From Botryllus schlosseri (taxonomy: Eukaryota): a stretch of DNA of 64,000 bases. The notes under the pieces are model-generated. The model was not told where the DNA came from and made no database searches. It saw nothing but the letters and a program-made list of their open reading frames with translations. The position numbers were made by a program, and so were the translations under genes. The DNA is taken from assembly GCA_051294905.1 (NCBI GenBank), contig CM119384.1:18972001-19036000 (forward strand), in the 5' to 3' direction. Of the stretch, positions 39,560 to 53,229 are shown in pieces (the stretch's first letter is position 1; each line of letters opens with the position of its first letter).

Positions 39560-39843
39560 GGCGAGATAGCGTAGTGGTGCATGTAATCTATACAGCTGTA
39601 TCACCAATGGGCTGCAGGTTCGAGTCCGCCAGAGGTCGACCGCAGAATTCCTGCCTTAGTGTTGGAGGTTTATCTTGGCTCATCCCCGCCATTTCATCCG
39701 CGTAAGCGGTGTCTTATAAAAGCCTAGAAGTGGGCCGTGCTACAAGTCGGCAGCTACGGACAAAATGAAGAAGGTATAAATGACCATAATAGTGGACACA
39801 CATCATGAATACCTCAAACAAACAAACAAACAAACAAACAAAC
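39560..39843 (+). mobile_element. tRNA-derived SINE, family 2
   Basis: A box TAGCGTAGTGG, B box GGTTCGAGTCC and an (AAAC)n tail. Second copy at 57040-57255. Confidence 0.85.
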
Positions 39844-39930
39844 AATGTCACTCCAATCGAATCAATATTCGCATCTAATTCAATCTGTATTTTTGCCAAT
39901 AGGTACAAAATATTAAGAACAGTCAGCCTA

Positions 39931-40203
39931 GCCAAGCAAGATAGTGTAACGGTGATGCGTCCGGCTTCTTGATCGGTAGGTCTTGGGTTCAATCCCGCGG
40001 CCGAGTCAGACCGAAGACTCGGAAACTGGTATCCGCAGCTATCCCGCTCGGCGCTCAGCATGCACGGTTAGCAAGAGGAGTGGTGCAGACTATAGATGGC
40101 TTGCTTAAAGATCTCCATCGTCAAAGCATTTCGATAGTGCAGGCGAAAATAAGTCTTCTCTCTCTAAAAGTCTACAAACAAGCCATGAACACTACCTTAT
40201 TTA
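39931..40203 (+). mobile_element. tRNA-derived SINE, family 3 (possible Meta-type core)
   Basis: A box TAGTGTAACGG and B box GGGTTCAATCCC, followed by the core accgaagactcggaaactggtatccgcagctatcccgctcggcgctcagcat. Confidence 0.7.
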
Positions 40204-40556
40204 TACGTGTGCTGTACGTACATTTGTTGGAATTAGTATTGTTAACCGAAAACCCTTTAGAACGGTCGTGTTTACGCTAAGCAGATCCTTTCAGCGACTC
40301 GCATCATCACTGAACATGACGTTCATTTAGGCTTGTTAAATAGATTATAGAACTAGAATTAGTGCAAATGGAGTATAGGAACGAACTTAGGTACAGGGGG
40401 ACACGGAAGGCATGCAGTTGGACAATGGACACGTAGCCTACGATTTATAAGAATGCATTAAAGTTTACACCATGAATAAATCCAACCGTTTCTTTCGTGA
40501 AGTATAGTCAAAAGGACTGAACTAGCGATTGAACACATACCAGGGATATCTAGAAC

Positions 40557-40614
40557 CGGGGCCTACGATAACTTAATAATAAGTTAATAAGATACTAAGT
40601 TATCGTAGGCCCTG
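40557..40614. mobile_element. 58-bp P-like palindromic relic (19-bp arms plus filler)
   Basis: Arms C(G/A)GGGCCTACGATAACTTA (18/19 identical) with a 7-bp TSD CTAGAAC. Confidence 0.75.
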
Positions 40615-42278
40615 CTAGAACTTACCAGAGACATCTAGATTTACCAGGGAGTTCTAGATAGCCTATCCCGGATACACACATAGAATGAAAAACTCCGGTT
40701 AATAATGATGATTGGCTGAAATTGGCTCTAAATTGGCAAACACAAAAAAGGAAATAATGATTAGTCGGCGACCATTCTGGTGAACAATTAAATCGACACC
40801 CCGCGAACGGGCTTCTGAATTCTGAATTGGTCGCGTTTTCGTGTACTTATACCCGTATGGTGTGAATACACCCTCTTTTCACACTCTTAGTAGATATGCC
40901 TACATAATTTGCGAAAAATCTGGGACGGAATTCAGATGATACAAAGTTTCGTCACCCCTCAAATTTACCACAACGCCATACGCGGACTTCGCTGAGTTTT
41001 CCTGTCCCGTCACCATCCGTTAGGCCATTACGATATGGAGTCACTTGGGTTCTTTTGGCATATCGAACGACGCCCTTCAATTATTGAAATTATTGTAGCT
41101 TTATTAGAGCTTGCTTGGCAATAAGTCACAAATAAAAACGTTTTCAATACGTCAATTATTATTCTTGGATAAGCAGCTTACACACCTATGGTTACGGAGC
41201 GGGGTAATTTCACGATTACATCAGACGCAACAGAGTTTCCGTATTTACACTCGGGTATTCTCGAGATTAATATTCATTCAAATGGGCTAATTGGCTAATA
41301 TGAACCATCCCTGTCGGTGCTCGCGAAGACAATGATTCGATTCAAACTATGTACTATATGGTGCCTCACTATCTCATTAGCAACTCTTTCGGTACATGAT
41401 CACATTTTCGCATTTTTTCCGGGCTCCATATAATCGACTTCCTACTGATTTAGGTCTGTGACTGAAATTGAGTCAGGCATTCTCGAAGGTGCGACGCGAA
41501 CACAGGCTTATGATCAATATAGTTGTTTGGTGGAGCATTGGCGTGGCGTAGCAAGACATGCATAACATGAATTGTGTGTGCCCTACATTGTAGGGAGCTA
41601 TGCGCTATTGGTGAACGCTATGTAGATTGTATGTCCACTTGGTCAATATTTGGCAAATATGTCTTCGCCTCACAGCTGCCGCGGCTTTTTATGTTGGGGA
41701 TTGACTAGCGCGCGGTTCTGAGGAAGAGTCATAAAGCGTATTAAGGCAAATATTTTGCCGCACGTGAACTAAGAGACAGACGGTGTCAATAAGTAGCCAT
41801 CAAATATCAAGGTTGCTTCAGCATATACTGTAGGTAGATTTGTTTGTATTAATTCATCGCGCCATGCTAACTGAGAGCTGGCAGCGAAACCGATAATATA
41901 TCACTGCGACCAGGCGGGAGTCACCACAACCACCACATACCACCTCCATCACACCCACCATACCTCACAACACGCCACCACTATTTAGAGGAGACATCAC
42001 CACCACCATACCACTTTCTCATACCACGTAGGGATTGCAGTGTACTACTAGGCCATGCGCGGACATATAAAACTTGAACGTTAATGTGAACCCTTGACCA
42101 CAAATTATAATGACCAAGTCAAAATACCGTATATCCCGAACTTTATATACATGGTGAACGCAAAATAACTGTAATGACGTCGCAATCAATAAACCATATA
42201 GGATGCCAAAATTCGAAATTGAGTACCAAACAACTATAAGTCGCATTTCTTTCAAAAGATTTGTCGGTAAGGTTCACT

Positions 42279-42312
42279 CGGGGCCTACGGTACTTAAGTA
42301 TCGTAGGACCCG
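42279..42312. mobile_element. 34-bp P-like palindromic relic (17+17 nt)
   Basis: cggggcctacggtactt|aagtatcgtaggacccg with a 7-bp TSD GTTCACT/GTTCACC. Confidence 0.75.
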
Positions 42313-45300
42313 GTTCACCGCTCCGCAACATTCTTTTTCGAGTTTTACTGGTTCGCGAGGTCAAAAGGGTTGAGAACCACTGGCCTACAGTTCTCTTACA
42401 AATGTTAACATAGGTCAACATATGTCCACACGATAGCCTGATATTCGGTCACGGAGATTTTGCAGCAAGGCTAATTTGGCTAACTCGAACTATATACTTT
42501 CCTATCATAGCATTATGGCGAATACCATACGTTTCAATTTTCCCAGTATTAACGGGCAGATTCGTTTTGTTCTTGTGGTGAAATTCTTTTTCGGCTCCTG
42601 ACATGATAAATCGTCTAATGTCAATTGTCAACTAATGAAAATGTTTCTCTTCATTTCATTACTCGCTGCTCGGGGATATGTAGAACTCGTAAATATTCTG
42701 CCCCTGCTGAATAGCACCGAAATGATTTACGTCAAGGCCTTATCGGGTCAAAGTACAGTAAACTGTTGGCAATACTGGCATGCCTTACATTGGCTTGCAT
42801 CAATGGCTGCAACAACTACAGTTGACGATCTTTGATCAGACTGGGATCATTACATACGAAACCTTGTATGGTCGAAACTTTCTCAATAGCGCGGAGAGCT
42901 AAGAGAAGTGACTCTAATTATCCCGACTTACCAACACACATAAGCACACTGAAACAAACCATACAATCCAGACTATATAGCGGGTCCACTCAACAATTTA
43001 CGCCACTAACTATACAGCAGGAAAATAACAGCTATTACGACAATACGAGTATCTTAAAGTAATCTGCATTCAATGATTCCGCCGACCGTCGTTCGTGGGA
43101 GGTAGCCTATATTATATACTATTTTGGTATAGAGTAGGGGTGGGCAGACCTGCTTCATTTCCGAGCCGCATATCAAAAATTCTAGCTGTAAAAGAGGCAC
43201 GACAAAAAATACGAATTTATTACGTCACAATGAAATGTAGGCTTTCGAATGAAGTTTATCATTGTGTGGGCTGCAGGGTGTTTGAAATCGGGCTGATATG
43301 ACGTAAGCAGTGCGGGGTAGTTCCTTCAAGTGCGAATGAGAATTTAAGGATGATATCAGCTCGGTAATCTCAACGACATTTTCTTGGCCAAACTCTGCAG
43401 TTATTGCTTGTTTTTGCAATAAAATGAAAGGGCCATATTCACCATTTCTAGCTCGGAAATGACCGTGACCTGCGCAGGCGCATTAGTTATCAAGTTCATT
43501 GTTGAACACAATGATTTATAATTGATTCATGACCAGTGACCACTGACCAAGTGACCAGGCATATATATATTGTTGCGGGTGAAAAGTTTATGTGAACTCG
43601 ATTCGCGATTTCAATTGCTGTAGTGGCAACTTCCCCTAAAATTATACAAATCTTGCGTAAACCATAAGGAAATACACAACACGAAACAATACTCATATTG
43701 TTAATACGCGATAAAATGTATCAATTTATAATCAGGTTAAACCTCTCTAGCAAAATGGTGAAAATCGTGTGCAATCATGAAAGAGTCGCAGTTTGCCCAC
43801 CCCTGGATAAAATATCGTTTCAAACCGGCTAGTTCCGGTACAGCATTCGCTAGAGGAAGAAGAGAAACGAGAATCAGAAGTTAGGAGAGGAAAAATACTT
43901 TCGTCGTTGAAGTGACGTCACCGATAAATTATGACGCAATCAAGAGCATCGATGTCAAAATGCAACTGAACGGAAAAATTGCAATATGCAAGATTTCGTC
44001 ATGCTTATATACTGCATGAAAGAATTGCCAATACGCACGCCTCACGTATGTGGATTGTCGAATATACAATTGGTTCTTGCGCCTTCGTCAAATCATTTCA
44101 CAACCGCTCACGATCGAAAATCCTGACAGAACTCAAGACAGACTCTTTCCAGGAAACGGAGAACTACCGCAACTGCGCGATGTGCACATTGCAGAATTAC
44201 TCTCGAGCTTTATGGGTTTCTTGCTTTGATGAACCCTTTTATTCACCCATCTCATCTAAACTCATTATCTCGGTTTCAAAGCACTCTTATTGGGATCAGG
44301 CAAGCAAACACCGCATTTGGGATTGATTTCATTCTATATCGGTAATTCAGGAAATGAAACTTATAAAGTTTTGGGGCACAACGCATTTGTAAATACGAGA
44401 ATACTGCTTTCTGATTTTACGAAACATCCTGTGTGGCGATGCTTTTCCAGAAATTCCTTCCCAGCGTTCAAAAATATCACCGGGCGTCTCTGTTGAAGTA
44501 GTATACGAGGAATATTCCTGGGAGTTCTCGTATTACGAGGTTACAATCGAAAACAACCCAGTGCTGCGTTCCAAACGCGATCGCCGCATAATAAACCGGT
44601 CACGTGATTTCGTTTGACGTCATATCATACACAGGTTGTTATTCGTCGAAAAGGCGCCGTGATACCTATCACGTAGACGTAGCCAATTATTGTCCATGGA
44701 TATCTAAATTATAAATCTAGATAACGTGGGCAGGTAGGGTGCGGGATACGTTCCCATGGACTCGTCATCCATCCGAATTCTGGAGTGGTTTAGAAACCTG
44801 CTTTACAATCAATATATACCTTATATATTTTGTATACTTCAGATTATTAGGCCATAACAGACTACTACAGACAATCTACATAGTATTTGTATTATAATCT
44901 CCCTGAGAAGGATATACTTTACTTGCTAAGTCAATTTTATGGGAAGTTTGTATCAATTCCATTTGGAAAAAAATATGATTGATTTACTTCACCAAGTCCT
45001 TTCGATTCCTAATTGCAATTATGTAGTATTTTGGCTTGATTGCGCTCTTTCATAAAAATGATTCTGATACCTATGTAAGACGATAATTTTATCGATGCAA
45101 TATATTTCTCGAAGTGACCAATAGATCGGTCACAATTGTTTGTATTTACGTCGCGAACTGTAAAACATTACTTATTTCGGGAAGCAACATGCGAAATATA
45201 TATATATACGAAATGATGTATTGCGGGATATTGATAAAACTTTGGAGGGGTATCGTACTTATCCAATACCCACATGGAAATATCCGTTACATGTGGTGTG

Positions 45301-47640
45301 AGACGTTGGTATATAAAACAGCATACATGGATTTATCAGTAAACTAACAGTAGGCCTATACAACTGTACATGGAGGTGGCAGTTACCATTTGAAAACGTC
45401 GAAAACATTTACTGTATTAGTTAACAGCAGAGACTTATCAAGACTTGCTGCGCCGCAGTTGGCGGTTACTATAGTATGAGTGGTCCTATACTGACGGCGT
45501 TTGCGTATTTGCTCAGTTCAGTGATGTGGTTTGTCTATAAATAACTTACAAGTATTGAATAGCTAACGATCGCTACAAGCGCTTTCCTTCGCTACCGAGA
45601 GAGCTTACCCAAGCCGATGTTTCATTGTATAGCTCTAGTCGTACGACATCGTTCGAGTGGCGGATGGCGATACATTGCGCTGTTTAGAAAGTGCACGCAT
45701 CTCGCGTAAAAGGTACGTTACTACTTGTATATCGATAACGGGAAACCCTGGACCCTAATCCAAAATTTCTGCGTGAGTAATGTAAATAAAACACGCTATA
45801 TAAAACCAACACTGCACTGCATCGACGTATTTCCCCTTGAAACTGACGGCAAATGTCTGCCATACCAGCTTTAGCAGCGAACCTAATCGTGTCGGTAACT
45901 GGATTTTCCTTCGGAAAAACCATGCGACAGCCTACCTTACAGATATATTACAACGACGGCAATAAAAATTACGCGATCTCAGAACGAAATCGAAATCGCA
46001 CGGGCGGAATTACTGATAGACACGCCTCTCGGTTGATACCGGCGTGATTATCATGGGACACGGGCCGTGGAACCGACATCTACAATATACGCAATGCGTA
46101 TTACGCATGTCCTAAAAGTGGGGAATTTCCGAATTATGTCGTAGTTGTAATCGGTGCGTGCAACTGATAGACGAATTACAGAATTCCCACGTGAGCAAAG
46201 CACATGCATGACGTCGCGAAACTGATGCAGAATTCGACGGATATAGAAGGAAGTAGTATTTTGATGTTCGTGCCAGACCGATACTTTACAGTGTGAGACT
46301 TGCAACTTTAGTTCGCACTTCACAACGGCGCAACTCGACGCGGAAGATAGTATGGATGTTGCGTGGTGGCACATCAGTTAAAAGGACCATGCGCTTTCGT
46401 GGAAGCCATGAAGTTTCCACCTTTCCACTATTATTCGCATTTCGTGAACAGAATAGCAATTTGAGCATTTCGTTTCGATTTAAAATGTGTGTTGCGATGG
46501 GGTCGATTAAGTAACAATAATTCAGTTTCAGTTTCATGAATCCTTCACTACATCCAGCTGTTTTGTATCGAGAATATGTCAGTTTCATGTACCTGTAACC
46601 GCACTTTTAATCATTGATATTCACATTGATATTTGCAACAAATTGGCACGCCTTATTCATACAAGTATATATACTTCGTGAACTATAATTCTACAACATC
46701 CCATTCTCATGCAGCAACATGCCGACAAAAGCGCATATATTTTCATCACTATATACTGCGTTGAGTCAAGTTGAATTTTGTCATATGCGCAAAACGGATT
46801 ACCCGTAAATTGATTTACGGCGTAACTATGTGTAATACATGATGGTCATATCGATATTTCCAAGTAGTCTTAGTTACCAACTCTATGGCATACATAATTT
46901 GAGCTACAACTCCACAAGTCACCCATTTTCGTACGGGAAGGAAGTGACGGCAACAATTCGCCGGCCTATGACACCGCTTGACATTCATACTACTCCGTAT
47001 TGCATCCTGATTCGTATTACCGAAAAAACGTATGGCCATTGATAGTCTAGCCTACGCAAGTCCACAGTCAAACTAAAAATATTGTGGAATGAATGGCGTT
47101 AACTCAATATAATGAGATTGTAGCAATTGAGTCACTGCTGTATTCAATATTAATACAATCGCTTGTCAGTTCCTTTTATGTTAATAGAGTTAATCCATTC
47201 CTCATCACACCACATGAATGCGACCGTTTGGCAACCCTATGTGAATTTGAGCTCTGCGGCCTGCGGCCCTACATTGGAATTGGAATAACCAGTCGATCAC
47301 GCATTTTCACACCGGAAGGAGATGACGACACCAATTAGCCGGTTGTATGATTGAGTATGACATTCATGCTACCCCGAATTGTATCCTTATTTGTTCTTCA
47401 CTGCGTTATGTGTACCGATATATTGCCGGGGTAATGGCGCCAGCTAAATGAAACACTCACGAATTGAATTGAGTAACTGAATATGCGAAATTTCTGTGAA
47501 TAAGCAACGGGCCGCTGTCATTGGGTAGGTATATTCTGGATACAAGAGTCGCGACACTCCATTCCCATACATTGGATGTTTGTCAAAGCTCTTTTTTATA
47601 CGGAGATGAGCTCTCTCTGGGATATTATTTGCCTATACTG

Positions 47641-48126
47641 TAGGGTTACCATACGTCCTCTTTTAAGAGGATTTGTGCTCATTTTTGACTTTTTAAAAGT
47701 GTGCTCGGAGGACACCCAAATGTCCTCTTTATTGACATTTTGTCCTCTTTTTTGAGAATTTTGGTTAAATATAGGGCAAAATCCGACTGTGATACAGTAA
47801 ATGAGCACTGAAGTAACGCTCCGGTGGCTATTTCGGGGGCTGAGCCGGAAAGCTAACCTTTTTATAGTCAACCAATCGATTATGTGGAAGAAAACCCGTA
47901 TTTCAGGAGTTGAGCCGGACAGTCGACCTCTGTTTTAGTCAACCAGCGGATAATGTGGAAAAAAAACAGTATTTCGGAAGTTGGGCCGGGAAGTTGACCT
48001 TTTTTTAGTCAACCGACCACGAAGTGGGAAAAATTTACCTTTTTTAGGATTTTCCTCCGGTATTGCAAGTCTGAAAAAGTTTGAAAGAGTGTCCTCTTTT
48101 CAAATTTCCATAATATGGTTACCTTA
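47641..48126. mobile_element. hAT MITE family A, long variant in opposite orientation
   Basis: TIR TAGGGTTACCATA and TSD CTATACTG/CTATACTC (7/8). Contains three internal TTAGTCAACC units. Confidence 0.88.
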
Positions 48127-48572
48127 CTATACTCCCTATAGTTATTCCGTGTTGTTCAGAGTCGAAGGGTCAAATGCCGTTTTCCGAATCATCGCGAGGG
48201 CCACTTGATTGTTGATGATCTTTTTTAATTTTTCGATATGAGGGAACAGGCGGCTGGACATATCAATAGGTTTCGGCCAACACGCGTCGATCATTTGGGC
48301 CACGGTTTCATAGCCGACAATCATTCTTCTGGTGTAAATTAGGCATATTTTTCATCGTTGTTTTTCGGGAGGTGTACTAAAGGCAAGAGATCACGTGGAG
48401 TGTGAATAAAATATTCAACTTGAATAAATATGCCACGAAAGGCTTTACTTAATGCATAATTTACAAGGGTTTAGGAAGAATGTGGGAGTGGCATGATCCA
48501 GTTCACCTTTCCTGGATACGACAATGCGCGTACCTCTACACTGTTTTAATAGTCATCAACATCCCAAATTTC

Positions 48573-48937
48573 GCGGTCATGCGATTGCAGTTGGTGAAGC
48601 ACCATCGCCCCGACACCAAGGGCATTGGTTCGAATCCCAGTTCGGGCCAACTTCTATGTGTTGGAGGTTTATCTGGGCTCCTCAGTGCGATTGCAGTGTA
48701 TGAAAAAGTCCAGTATGAAGGTGAGCCGAGCTAAAAATCGGCAGCAAAGAGACAAGATTCGGACGCATGAAAACCGAGAGAGAAGCAACGAGAGCGCGTG
48801 AATGGAAGTCATCCGAAAATCTGACGCAAAGACCTCGAAAGAGTTATATCTAAATAAATTACTGTGCGGGCGCAAACGACCGAATGAGTTGACAAGCGCC
48901 AATGTTGTGAAATAAACAAACAAACAAACAAACAAAC
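48573..48937 (+). mobile_element. tRNA-derived SINE, family 1
   Basis: B box GGTTCGAATCC, core GGAGGTTTATCTGGGCTCCTCA and tail GACAAGCGCCAATGTTGTGAAAT(AAAC)n. Second copy at 56695-57037. Confidence 0.85.
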
Positions 48938-49825
48938 ACGTATTTGAATAATCTTTTTTGGGCGGATCGCACAATCCTCCCACAGAGCGAGGGTTGGAGG
49001 CCCCCGTACACAGCAAAGTAAATTCGCAGCACAATTCCGCGTTTACGGCATGCTGTTTATACGCAACGTGCCACGCGGATTCCCATCGAAAGAAACAACA
49101 TGCATGCGTATTTTCGTTCCGGAAATGACACCGCTTCACATCATATGGGTTCGTAAAAGAGCATGCTAGCGGATGATGGAATACCTTTGGTGAATTAGTG
49201 GATGCGACAGTTAGTCATGTCTCATGCCCAGTTCTAAATGTGGTAGAACTTGAATAAAATATCATATGATTACCTTACACATTCATAACTTGGCTAATAT
49301 GTATCATAGATCAACTATGGTAAAACTGGCATGTATCAATAGCACATTAATCATCGAGCGAATGCTGCATGTCTGCAGCAATTGTGCAACAATATTATAT
49401 AACTTCCAGTGGTTTTCATCCTCTTCACGTATCACTATAATGATACACGGAAGCTTCCTGGGTGGTGTGAGACTTACAACTATAAAATTATGCTGTATAC
49501 TGTTGCGCTGGCTAGATTAATTCTGACACGCTGTCTCTTGTTCTATAAATATATTTAGCTTATGTTGATGGCGTCCATTCAGATACTCAATTTCCCCACC
49601 CATATTTGCGCTAAAATTCAACGTGGTATAGTGCGTTTTCTATAAGTTTTATTAACAAAGGGATGTTTGGCGTCTGACTTGAATTCTAGTGAAGCGCAAT
49701 TCAAAATATATCTTAACCACGGGCACAGTCTCTAATTTCTCCACAATAAATCTTCGATTACAAGAGACAATGCTTGAAGGAAGCCCCAAAATCCATCCGG
49801 AATCATTTTGATCAAATTCATTCTA

Positions 49826-50110
49826 TATATCTTCGAATAACATTTCGGGAACGATCAGTACATATTCGAGTGTTGTGGCGATTTTGAGCTCACGCATCCT
49901 GTCGAATAAAAAGTTTCTATGATAATCATATCGATGGCAGTGTAGCAAAAATAGCTCGACTGTTTCTGGTACTGTGCAATGTTCGCATAGATCAGTATCG
50001 CCACATCCAATTTTGTATAAGTGGCCAATGGCCTGAACGAAGCCGAAATATATATCGTTCGTAAAGCCTGTGTCGATGCATAGATGGAAAGTGGTTAATG
50101 TGTGCCAGTT
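49826..50110 (-). pseudogene. LINE ORF2 C-terminal zinc-knuckle remnant (I/Nimb-like group)
   Basis: An ATG-less open frame reads HLYKIGCGDTDLCEHCTVPETVELFLLHCHRY...RNFLFDRMRELKI, a CxxC-x7-(H>L)-x4-C motif typical of I-group LINEs. Confidence 0.7.
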
Positions 50111-53100
50111 TATTTTCGTATTGACCAGTTCCGAATTAAACTTAGTTATAGTTACATTGATGAAAAACTCTCATACTCTACGCCATACACCAATATTTCG
50201 GCAATAATAGAATATATGCTTTCGACTGCTTCGTCTGTGCTGTTTTGTGAGTTCATTTGAGCAAATTGTGTCTCAGTGGTTGAGATGAGTTCTAAATACT
50301 TAATTAATTTGATATGTATGCAGATTGCTAAATATTTAGCCGTGTTTTCGAATGAGTGAAATTGGCTACCTCCGTATCCAATGATTTCCCAGCCTACGCA
50401 CTTGTCCAATCAATGAAGTCAAGAAAATGGGAGTGTCCAATATCCATCACAGGGATATCTAGTTCTAGATATCCTTGATGTGCATTAGCAGAGCTATGCG
50501 CTTATTCCTATTCGATTTTAATCATCGTGAGCTTGCGAATGGCGCTTGCAACAATGTCAATATATTACTATAATGTGCGTCAGTTTCGATGCGATCACTT
50601 GAGGTACCAGAAGTGGGTAAATTTAGGTCATAATGTACATGTACATTTATCCTGCTCTAGGCAGAAGTCACAGAATCGTAGGACCAAACATTTCTATTAC
50701 AAGTCGTATATGTCACACCGGTCGAAACGACAAGCGATTTCGGTGTTATATCCTTTTATCGGTATGGTTACCTGGCGTTCTAAACGACTTTGGTTCAGTC
50801 ACAAGGAAATAGCCCATACGTATTACGTATACACCGCAGATGTGTTTAAATATTAGCGTGACACTAAGCACACAGTGAAGTCCGGAAGGTTATTTTAGTT
50901 TCGAATTTGCATTGCATGTTTGCGATTAGTTCACAATACTAGCGCCATTTCGGGCACCTATATTCACGGATGCAGTCAGGATGTTTCACCTGTGTTGAGT
51001 TTGATCAGTATTATAACCATCATTTTACCATGATATAAATATAGATATGGAAACATTAACGATGGGTTCGACAGGCTAGCTACACGCTTACACCTGTCTA
51101 CCCATCTATGCTGATGGCCCTCGACTGCAGGGATTATCCCTATCTGACGTATATGAGCTGGTATGAAGGGAGGGTGCTCTTGAAATGTGTTCTGACGCTT
51201 CCAAATGGCTGCTAAGCAGCGCAGCCCATACGTGACATGCAATTCATGGACAGGAAATACTGCTTCCCTTGGCGCCGTTGAATTATTGTCACACTTTGTT
51301 TTAAATTTCGACCAGCAAAATATGAATCGTATACGGATCCAAGTCATTTACATAGCGCTGTCGGTATTTTAAAACAATGACATGTTAAAGTGCTAATTCA
51401 AAGAACATATCCAATTCTGTGCTCTTTTATCATGTGGTACCATGTGCAGTACATGAACCAAACACGACCTTCCACTAATACAATTATAAGTTCATTCTCA
51501 ATACACAGACTTGCACGAACCTAAATGGCTGATTGTCCTACGCAGATTGGTCGGTATCTAACATTAACGCTCGAAACAACACATACACGAATTCACAACA
51601 TCTTCCCATTTCGCATATTCCGACCACATCTACTTTTTCAAATTGTAACCATCGGTATTATGCGTCGTAAGATGGAAATTGGTGTAAAGATGATCTTTCA
51701 CAATGTACTGTTACGGTGCCGACTCAGATATTCTAAGAAGCATCACTATATGCGATAAATTATTCAATGTATTATCGTCCGGGAGTTCTGAAAGTTTATT
51801 ACACCATCGATACAGGCGAGGAAATCGTATGCAGGCATGGGTTATTGATGATGGGGTGACACATTTCATGCAAAGTGAACACACGCTTTCGCAATCCCTT
51901 ATGCATTGCTGCCCGCTTAATGAGGGGGAGTGGCATGAAATATTTTCCCGCCCCAATGAAACAATTCGGTGAGGAAATTTCTGGACGAATGCGAAAAGCA
52001 ACATGAAGGTGCGAATTGGCACGACACAGAAAATTAAAATGTTGGCAGTAACATTCTTTGCGTGACGTCATAATGACGATCACCTCAACATCCGAGCCAG
52101 ATGAGAGTGGCTTTTCCAGCCTCTAGCTGCGCTGCGGGGCATACAGCCATATATTTTAGTAGTGCATCATGAAACTGTTTAAAAAACATATGACTAATCC
52201 AGACATGATATATCTACCACCAGGCTGAATAGGCAGTGCGCACCAATGAAATTAATAACTTTCATCTGAATAAGAACAGTGTGTAAAAACACTATGATGA
52301 CCCGTTGTATCCAAGACCGATTGTACGTATCAGTCAATCACAAAAGAGGTGGCATTTTCCCACGTTATCGCGACACAGTTGGATATCTTGTTTACGCGAA
52401 GCCAGTGCCATACCGCACAAATGCGGCCAAAAGATACTATATCGAAGGAGTGCGCTGTTTCCAGGATACCGCTCGATCAAACTTGAATTGAGTGCCAGGA
52501 GACGATGGTAGTGTACAACGCGTTTGCCTACATCGCTGTTAACTTTTTATTATGGAAAGTCATATGCTGTTAACAAAATGAACACACACAGGGCAATATA
52601 TTTTCTTTCGTCGTTTTGCTACTATTCAATATAAATCCGCAACTATATAGTATATATCCACTTGATAGTATACCATAGTAAATGTGGTAAGTATGAAACT
52701 TAGAATTTCGTGAGGTAGCCATTTAGGTTGAATGAATGATTCATTGTGGCTTTGTTCTGGTGCATTGTGTGTGGATTCCTTCTTCTATGCATTCAAGATG
52801 ACAGTACGGGTGAAGTTCCCAACGGGATAAAACTATAAAGGCATTGGTAGTACCAAACGCTCGTGTCCTGCAGTGTCAAATATAGGCAAGATGCATTTAA
52901 TCCGGCCTAAATTTCTTTTGAAACAGCATTCATTACAATTGATTTGAATCAGATGTCATCACAGATGACAGAAGAATTGATAAAATAATCCTCAGGAATC
53001 AAAAAGGTTCGCATCCGCAATGTTACAATAGTAAAATTAGTGGTTGGATAGGGCAAGAGCGTCATTAGTTTTTTTGCTGGCCCTGCCGGTACGTGCATTG

Positions 53101-53229
53101 GTGTATAAGTGGTACAAGTGATGTGTATAGCCAGTAATTAGAAATCAAGCCATTCACGGCACACGTTTGAATGTTTTTATGACATTTCCCCTATGTATAG
53201 TTCTATAGTATATACTTTATAGATGTATA

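Noticed and set aside
43135-43805. Possible hAT element with TAGGGGTGGGCA / TGCCCACCCCTG ends
   Set aside because: The flanks show no TSD (GTATAGAG vs GATAAAAT), so the two ends may be unrelated.
48142-48324. 60-aa minus ORF (MIVGYETVAQ...) with an upstream AG
   Set aside because: It has no homology, no partner exons, and a length within chance expectation.
50450-50477. 28-bp palindrome CAGGGATATCTAG-tt-CTAGATATCCTTG as a fourth P footprint
   Set aside because: There is no 7- or 8-bp TSD and the terminus differs, so it is left unassigned.
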